A stretch of 64,000 nt of DNA from Fonticula alba ATCC 38817 (taxonomy: Eukaryota; Protista; Nucleariida), in NCBI GenBank assembly GCA_000388065.2, contig KB932205.1. The stretch is one strand, 5' to 3'. The notes under the pieces are model-generated. The model saw nothing but the letters and a program-made list of their open reading frames with translations, searched no databases and was not told where the DNA came from. Below, piece by piece: positions 60,611 to 64,000 of the stretch; within the stretch, counting starts at the first letter, position 1, and each line of letters starts with the position of its first letter. A program made the position numbers and the translations under genes.

Positions 60611-61171
60611 AGAGAGAGAGGGAGAGATGCGCACCACGATGATGTTAAAAAGAGTGGCCTGGTCAACCTGGCAAAAGTCGTGATCCCAGCTGGAGATGTC
60701 ATCCAACCGGCGAAGGGACCGGCCGTTCCGGAAAGCAGAGGCCATTTCCTCCTCGGTCATGGGCGGGGGGTCGAAGCTGCGATGTGGATGGGTGTCAGAG
60801 GGGATGCGTGGCAGAGGGGGGAGGGGGGAGAGACGGATGTGTGCACGAGCGCGCGCGGCCCCGCACCGATGGTGGAAGGCCCACTTGAAGACTTCGATCA
60901 GGATGGTACTATCCACACTGGGCAGGGGGATGGGCGTGGCCACTGGCCCGAGGTCTGGCGGAATTGGAGCAGGCGTGAGTGGCGAATGGGGAGGGTCAGA
61001 CGGTCGGTCCAGATGAGGGATCCAAGAGGGGATGGGGTGTTGCTTCACTGGGGGACGAACCGTGCAGGAGATTCTTGATTAGCCGGGACTTCTCGGCAAT
61101 GTCCCGAGGGACCTCGATGGTGACGCCATCCTTGCAGATGAGCGACACGTTGCCAATGTCAGGGGTTTGCA
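60141..61171 (-). CDS. SKP1: S-phase kinase-associated protein 1 (SCF adaptor); 5' end not located, probably in or beyond gap 61276-61470
   Basis: The spliced reading gives VSLICKDGVTIEVPRDIAEKSRLIKNLL / PIPLPSVDSTILIEVFKWAFHH / DDISSWDHDFCQVDQATLFNII / VANYLDIPALLDLTTKSVATMI(T) / GKTPEQLRLTFNIPSDLAPDEEDSIQRDNQW. Confidence 0.92.
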
Positions 61172-64000
61172 CTGTTCCCAGGGACAGGCGCGGAGCAGGT
61201 GGGTCAGTGTCACTGGCCAGTTCCGGGGGAGTTGGATTGCGGGACCCGAGCGCGCGCGCGGGGGGGGGGGGGGGGNNNNNNNNNNNNNNNNNNNNNNNNN
61301 NNNNNNNNNNNNNNNNNNNNNNNNNNNNNNNNNNNNNNNNNNNNNNNNNNNNNNNNNNNNNNNNNNNNNNNNNNNNNNNNNNNNNNNNNNNNNNNNNNNN
61401 NNNNNNNNNNNNNNNNNNNNNNNNNNNNNNNNNNNNNNNNNNNNNNNNNNNNNNNNNNNNNNNNNNNNNNGGGGGGGGGGGGGGGATCGTACTTGTATGA
61501 TAGATCGCGCGGATGGATGCGTCGAACGGGGATGGGGGGAGGATCCAAAGGGGAAGGCCTGGAGCAATTTCTTCTCCCGTGCGAAGAAGATGTGCGGGCG
61601 TCGGGGCAGAGGGGAGGCAGGAGGCAGGAGAGGGGAGGGAGGGAGGGAGGGAGGCGGGGTGTCGGGAGTGTCCGATCGTCGGTGGTGGAGGGGGGACCTT
61701 TTCTTGTGGGCAAGTGGCTGGGCCAAGTCCGTCAATTAACGCCTCGGAGGTGGCGAGCGGCTGGCCGCAGCTTGGCGCCCCTCGTCCTGTGGAATTGCGG
61801 CCCTCCCAGCGTCGCGCGTGTGTGTGTGGGGGGGGGGGGGGCCGGTGCTCGCCACCCATGTCCATCAAGCGGCAGATCCCATGTAAGATTCGCCGAGGAC
61901 ACTTTTTCTTCTTTTCAGGGGGGGGTCCGCGGTCACTCGGTGGTCTTTCCGGTCTCCGAGGCCTGCTGGTGTGCGCCATCCGCGGGCCGGTCTGTGGATG
62001 GGCAAGGCGCAGGCAGCGGCGGCGCAACTTGGTCCGGTTTGCTTCGTCCGGGGCATACGATCATCAACAGGGAGCCGGGGGCGAAGACCGCTTGGGAGCT
62101 ATCCGTTCCCGGGATTCCGGCCGCGACGCCGACCCACGCGCGCCGCTTCGGGGAGGGGGCGGAGGCTGGACAGGTTGGGAATGGGGGGTGCGGCTGATGT
62201 TCTCCCGGGGGGGGGGGGGGGGGGGGGCAGCGGGGCCGGGCCAAACACGGAGCGTCGTCCCAACCTGCGGAAGAAAAATACGGGGTGCGAGGACATCTTC
62301 GCCAATGCCCACCGCAAATGTCCCGAGAGACAAATTTGATTGAAAATACATCACGAAATGGCACTCTTCCGAGGGCCACATATCAAGCTGGAGGGCCTGG
62401 GTCGCGACCCTCGCGGGACTGGGAGCAGCTATTTAAGGACCTGCGGGGCGTGGGCGACCCCCCTCGTCGGCAGCATGCAGCGCACGCGCGCACTCGCCTG
62501 TGTGCTTCTCTCCCTCCCCCTTTCCCCCTCCGGTGGCTGGCCCTGTGAATGGTACACACACACACACACACGCACGCACACCTTTCTGTCTCTCCACCGT
62601 CGCTCTCCCTACTTCCCTCCCCCCCTCTCTCTCTCTCTCTCTCTCCCTCGCACACACCTGGCCATGAGGACAAAACCTATGCGTTCCTGATTTCGGTGAC
62701 GACTTTGTGATGCAATTCTGAAGGCCTCCCATTCCTCTCCTCTCTTCTTGTCCCCTTCTCCCCCTTCTCCAGTAACTTACCCTCCTCCTCCTCCTCCTCT
62801 CTTCTACTCTTCCTTTCTCAGGCATAGATGCATTCGAACATGCATCTGTCGCTGTCGCCGCCTCGCGCATGAGCGCGTACATGCGATATGGGTCCCTGCG
62901 CCAGAGTCGCGGACGCGTGTTCCCTCTGGCCCTCTTTTTATTTTTCAATTGAAACTCCTGCGTGTGGGGGGCGGAGGGTCGGGGTGGGGGCGTTCAATTG
63001 GAGAGATCATGCATGGCGCGGCTCGCGCGCGGGTGGTGGTGGTGGGGGCGGGGGGGACCTGCTGGATGAATGTCCTGCGAGGGATCAGCTTTCTTCTCTT
63101 TGTCGTTCCGGGCGTCTACAGGAAAGCGCGTGGCGCTTTACCCCTCTCCTCCTCTGCCCTGAGCGCCCGCTGGCGTGCCCGTGTGTGTATGTGGAGGGGG
63201 GACACTCCAACGAAGACGCTAAAAATGAACACCGCAAGTGGCCATCAGTGTTGGATACTCTGGGCGATGAAGGCGGTCGTCTGTCCTGCCGAGGGAACAT
63301 AAAATCACGAGGCATCCCCAGGACAGAGTCCGTGATATGTCACCACGCGCCGCTCGGATGTATCACCCCGCACTCGGTGGCACCCGTCTCCATGTGAAAA
63401 CGGTGATCGGCCGACGCGGCAGGGAAAGGAGGTCGGCTTGGGAGGGGGCGTTCGTCGCTCCCACAGGCCGCTTCCCCCCCCCCCCCCGCCCCCCTTGGCG
63501 GGCTCACTTCAAGGGCTCCAGAAGCAAGAGCGGCGCACGAGCTGACCTGGGTCATTCTCCCAGGGGGCCAGGCTTGGGGACGAGGGAGGCCGGGGGGCAA
63601 CAGCGCCAGTCTGGTGGAGGCTGACCTTCCTGGCTACCGCACGCGCGAACGCCCTGCGGGCGAGAGTGCCACGCTGAGGGAGTGCCCAGCTGGGCCCATC
63701 ATCTCTCACCGGGGGGCGCGGCCAGCAGCCGGGGCGGCGGGGGGCGGGCGGGCGGGCGGGCGGACGAGTGAGAGTAATAGGCCCGAGTGGCCGGGCGTGA
63801 CCTGGGTACAAGAGGGCGTCGTTGTGGCGGGGGGGGGGGGGGGGGGGGCGGGGGGGGGGGAGGAAGGGGGGGGGAAAAAAAGACAGGGGGGGGCCACAGT
63901 GCGCGAAGCATGGAGAGGGATCTCCCCAGTCTGTGCCTTCACCATCTTGTCGGATGACAAGGGAAGGGGGGGTGTCCTGGCCCCGGTCCAGGACCATGCG

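Noticed and set aside
62650-64000. Candidate short exons on both strands (e.g. + strand 62822-62890; - strand near the window end)
   Set aside because: I could not assemble a consistent open spliced frame or recognise a product.
1-64000. CRISPR arrays, rRNA, transposase/RT/integrase ORFs, LTR or TIR elements, telomeric repeats
   Set aside because: None seen. The repeats present are microsatellites, minisatellites and homopolymers without spacers or terminal repeats.

Overview
This is eukaryotic genomic DNA: very GC-rich, intron-containing, with draft-assembly N gaps. No prokaryotic operons, CRISPR arrays, rRNA, tRNA or recognisable transposons were found. I support about 15 protein-coding genes, reconstructed by hand from GT-AG introns: type II NADH dehydrogenase (5' end lost in a gap), CDC20-family APC/C activator, myosin light chain-like EF-hand protein, an unknown protein with a possible CesT/T3SS-chaperone-like domain, a ~2,700-aa coiled-coil/low-complexity protein, ABHD/YheT-family hydrolase, TMEM41/VTT protein, AcpS-type phosphopantetheinyl transferase, MCMBP, MED7, CCT4, an acetylpolyamine amidohydrolase-like HDAC-family enzyme, RNR large subunit, FKBP8-like protein and SKP1. 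Gene content and style suggest an opisthokont protist; Fonticula-like is my unverified guess. The most interesting leads are: (1) the candidate bacterial T3SS-chaperone-like fold in a spliced gene; (2) an unusual 5' splice-site consensus GTRYG, with C dominant at +4 and no +4 A in about 40 introns; (3) a bacterial-type polyamine deacetylase; (4) a four-copy DPLAKW-acidic motif in the giant protein; (5) a speculative U1-like RNA upstream of RNR1. All family calls are from motif recall, not database searches. Exon boundaries are hand-inferred.
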